Both the position numbers and the translations under genes were made by a program. From Candidatus Zambryskiibacteriota bacterium (GTDB taxonomy: Bacteria; Patescibacteriota; Minisyncoccia; Phycocordibacterales; Zambryskibacteraceae), in contig JACPAD010000004.1 in NCBI GenBank assembly GCA_016180955.1, forward strand, positions 1 through 52,562: a DNA stretch of 52,562 nt, written 5' to 3'. The notes beneath the pieces were generated by a model. It was given only the letters and a program-made list of their open reading frames with translations. It had not been told where the DNA came from and ran no database searches. This document shows, piece by piece, positions 50,073 through 52,562 of the stretch (positions are counted from its first letter, which is position 1; each line of letters starts with the position of its first letter).

Positions 50073-51239
50073 ATGAGACTCTTACTGTGCGCAGTTTTGA
50101 CCGGCCTCTTGCTTGTAAGCCGGGTGACGGCACAGCAAGAGCAGCAGAGGTTTCGAGCCGAAACCGAACTGGTTGAGGTGAACGTGCTTGTAACGGACAA
50201 AAACGGAGAAGTGGTCCGCGGACTGACTAAAGACGACTTCACCGTTCTCGACGAAGGCAAGCCTCAACAGATCTCGAACTTCTCGTTCGTGGAAATTCCG
50301 TTTTCGAACTCTGGGAGTGCCGAACTCGCGATGACGGTAACAGAATCTGGTATTGATGTGAAAGCCGAATCTCTCGGCCGCATCTATATTATGGTTCTTG
50401 ACGACCTTCATACCACGAGTTGTGTGGACGACCGTCTGGAGTGCGAGGTGGCATCGGCATGGATTGATGTCAAGAAGAGAGCCCGCTTGTTCATCGAGAA
50501 ATTCTTCTCGAACAACGACTTGATGGCCGTTGTCTATACGAGCGAAATCTCTGGCTTGGGTCAAGACCTTACCAACGACCGAGCTCTGCTTCTCAAAGTT
50601 CTTGAGGGGTTTAGCGGTCGGCGACCAAACGATCCTCCGGTCGGCCGAAAAGTCGAAGCCACTCTCGCTGAAAGAAGGTCGAACGACCTTCATATGCTCC
50701 GACAGGTCCAGGACTTGGCCAACTGGAGTGAAAAAAACCTTCCCGCTCGTCAGAAGGTGGTCCTTCTCTTCAGTGAGGGTATCGAGAACTGGGCGGGGAT
50801 TCCTCAAACGGACACCTCAAATGTGGCGTTAAGTCCGTCAGCCAGAGCTAGGGCTTCGTCTGATGCCAGCAGAGCTGTTCCTCGAGAGGACAGTATCATG
50901 TTGGATCGAATGCGAGAAACGGTTGCCGTTGCGGTCGGAGCAAATCTCTCGATTGTTTCGGTCGATGCGAGAGGGCTGGGGGCGCCGGACGATGGCCACC
51001 AGTCTCTCCGTATACTCTCGGAAGGAACGGGCACCCGCCCGATTCTCAGGACCAATGAGTTCGAGCAAGCATTCGAAAGGCTTGTCCGCGAACACAGCTT
51101 GTACTACCTCGTGGGCTACACGATGCCGTTAGGAGTGAAGCAGGGAGAGACCCGCCGAATCACAATGAAAGTGAACCGTCGCGGGGTCGAGATGCGCTAT
51201 CGTCAGGCATATGTCGTGCCAGCTTCTCTTAGAGACTAA
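50073..51239 (+). CDS. VWA-domain protein of the Acidobacterial VWFA-related type
   Basis: Signal peptide, FRAETELVEVNVLVTDKNG..VRGLTKDDFTVLDEGKPQQI, VLDDLH, KVVLLFSEG, VDARGL, LSEGTG, YYLVGY. Confidence 0.82.
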   Translation: MRLLLCAVLTGLLLVSRVTAQQEQQRFRAETELVEVNVLVTDKNGEVVRGLTKDDFTVLDEGKPQQISNFSFVEIPFSNSGSAELAMTVTESGIDVKAESLGRIYIMVLDDLHTTSCVDDRLECEVASAWIDVKKRARLFIEKFFSNNDLMAVVYTSEISGLGQDLTNDRALLLKVLEGFSGRRPNDPPVGRKVEATLAERRSNDLHMLRQVQDLANWSEKNLPARQKVVLLFSEGIENWAGIPQTDTSNVALSPSARARASSDASRAVPREDSIMLDRMRETVAVAVGANLSIVSVDARGLGAPDDGHQSLRILSEGTGTRPILRTNEFEQAFERLVREHSLYYLVGYTMPLGVKQGETRRITMKVNRRGVEMRYRQAYVVPASLRD

Positions 51240-51254
51240 CGGCGCTGTTTTGTG

Positions 51255-51292
51255 AGGTCGGTTTCGCGTTCGCGCGAGGCCGACCTTTTTTT
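51255..51292 (+). terminator. Intrinsic terminator
   Basis: AGGTCGGTTTCGCG-TTCG-CGCGAGGCCGACCT followed by a T-run. Confidence 0.85.
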
Positions 51293-51384
51293 ATTGTGTT
51301 AACAGAGGAACAGCCATTTGAAACATTTGCCGAAGTTCTGGATAAGAAGTTGAAATAAAAATGCTTTTACTCTAAACTTTAGCT

Positions 51385-52038
51385 ATGGAACCGCAAACTC
51401 CTGTTTATCAAAATCCTGTTCCGCAAGTCCAATCACCCAAACCTCTTGATTCTAAGAAATCGCATAAAATTCTATGGTTAACCATCCTGGCCTTACTCAT
51501 AGCCGTCAGTTTTTATTTGACTAGATTGTCTACTCCATCTATAGCAGTTGTAGATCATACACAGATCGAAAGTATTTCAGAAGAAATTCTTGCGCGTAAT
51601 TTCAACCCGAACAAAAGTAATCCAACTCCCGCTGAGATAGAGGCCATTAAGGAATCAGTAAGAACAGTGAGTAAAATTAAGTTACCGAAAATATTAAGCA
51701 AAGAATCTATCAATGTCGATCAATTGCCTGCCGATATGAGTTTTCTTAAATCTACAGGAGTAATCGCCAGCTCTTTATCTGCCAATTTCCAAGGTGGTGC
51801 AGTTGGGTTTGAAGCCGTTTTCAAATATGAAAGTAATTTAATCGATACCTTCAGTCTTTATAAGAGTTTTTATCATAATGATTTTTATATTCTTAAAGAA
51901 TGGCTTGTTGATGAAAATTTAGCGACGATTACTTTTGAAAAGTCCGGATACCTTTTTAGAATTGTGATATATCCCAGCGCCAATAATTCTACTGAAGCGG
52001 TTATTATAGGATTCCCTATCCCTGTAAAAACATTATGA
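51385..52038 (+). CDS. Membrane-anchored hypothetical protein
   Basis: Pro/Gln N-terminus, single TM; TAAACT 6 nt before the ATG. Confidence 0.7.
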   Translation: MEPQTPVYQNPVPQVQSPKPLDSKKSHKILWLTILALLIAVSFYLTRLSTPSIAVVDHTQIESISEEILARNFNPNKSNPTPAEIEAIKESVRTVSKIKLPKILSKESINVDQLPADMSFLKSTGVIASSLSANFQGGAVGFEAVFKYESNLIDTFSLYKSFYHNDFYILKEWLVDENLATITFEKSGYLFRIVIYPSANNSTEAVIIGFPIPVKTL

Positions 52039-52562
52039 CCAATAAAATAAAATTCATTCTAGTCACACTCTTTTCTTTGGCTATTTTGTTTTCTGTAAAT
52101 ACTTTTGTCCAAGCTAGCCATGAATGCACTTGGGGTCTCGGGGATGATTATTGCAGCAGTCCGGAATCCAGTTGCGGTAGTTGTGATGATGATGAAGACG
52201 GAGGGAGCTGCTTCGATGTTTGTAATCCCGGTTGTGAAGGATATGACCCAAATTATTGTGGCTATCCAACACCTGAATACGGTTACCCCACACCTGAATA
52301 TGGCTACCCAACACCTGAATACGGCTACCCGACTCCGTCATACGCCTACCCCTACCCATACCCCTACGAGTATCAGTATCAGTATGAATACCAATACCCA
52401 ACCCCGTACGGAACTCCCTACGCGTACCCAACTCCATACTCCACCCCTTACTCATACCAAACTCCTTATGCCTACCCTTATCCAACTCCTTATGCCTATC
52501 AGACTCCATACGCCTACCCCTACCCCACCCCTTATGTTTATCAATACCAGTATCAATATCAG
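52035..52562 (+). CDS. 3'-truncated secreted protein with Cys/acidic domain and Tyr/Pro-rich repeats (not in ORF track)
   Basis: MTNKIKFILVTLFSLAILFSVNTFVQASHECTWG...CGYPTPEYGYPTPEYGYPTPEYGYPTPSYAYPYPYPYEYQYQY...; open to the window end. Confidence 0.8.
   Translation, partial: MTNKIKFILVTLFSLAILFSVNTFVQASHECTWGLGDDYCSSPESSCGSCDDDEDGGSCFDVCNPGCEGYDPNYCGYPTPEYGYPTPEYGYPTPEYGYPTPSYAYPYPYPYEYQYQYEYQYPTPYGTPYAYPTPYSTPYSYQTPYAYPYPTPYAYQTPYAYPYPTPYVYQYQYQYQ

Noticed and set aside
52260-52340. CRISPR-like repeats
   Set aside because: Contiguous 21-nt coding repeats without spacers; no cas genes in the window.
52114-52509. 131-aa minus-strand ORF
   Set aside because: Shadow of the plus-strand Tyr/Pro repeat gene, which has a signal peptide.

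Overview
52.6-kb chromosomal segment of a small-genome bacterium. The gene set, streamlined proteins and leaderless starts point to Patescibacteria/CPR, probably Parcubacteria (inference). The backbone is housekeeping: hpf, fmt-def-priA, mreB, uvrB-uvrA-uvrC, ddl, tRNA-Ala(TGC), ychF, leuS, mltG-mnmA, a family-4 UDG, a minimal alaS, infA-rpmJ-rpsM-rpsK-rpsD-rpoA-rplQ-rplM-rpsI and grpE-dnaK-dnaJ. Accessory parts are tandem peptidoglycan-binding/Thr-rich surface proteins, two Y1 (RAYT-like) transposases each bracketed by its own palindrome pair, a RelE-type TA pair, a Cys-rich gene pair after the tRNA, a C5-MTase/PLD-REase/Vsr island, an Acidobacteria-type VWA gene and a Tyr/Pro-repeat protein. 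Most notable: (1) at least nine short palindromic DNA elements of several families read through in frame in essential genes (fmt, uvrB x2, uvrA, ychF, leuS x2, dnaK, dnaJ), some with the same triloop architecture as the RAYT-flanking palindromes; (2) a ~180-nt pseudoknotted ncRNA candidate with its own promoter and terminator (17015-17195, minus); (3) recurring self-contained cassettes (sigma70 promoter, strong SD, orphan ORF, terminator) in a genome whose own genes look leaderless; (4) a DGR template-repeat-like fragment beside one RAYT; (5) a switch-like structured RNA and a hairpin cluster after rpsI. Two frameshifts from exact 5- and 10-bp tandem duplications and an ABC-transporter/ureohydrolase chimeric junction may be assembly artefacts. 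All family calls come from reading motifs by eye; no searches were run.
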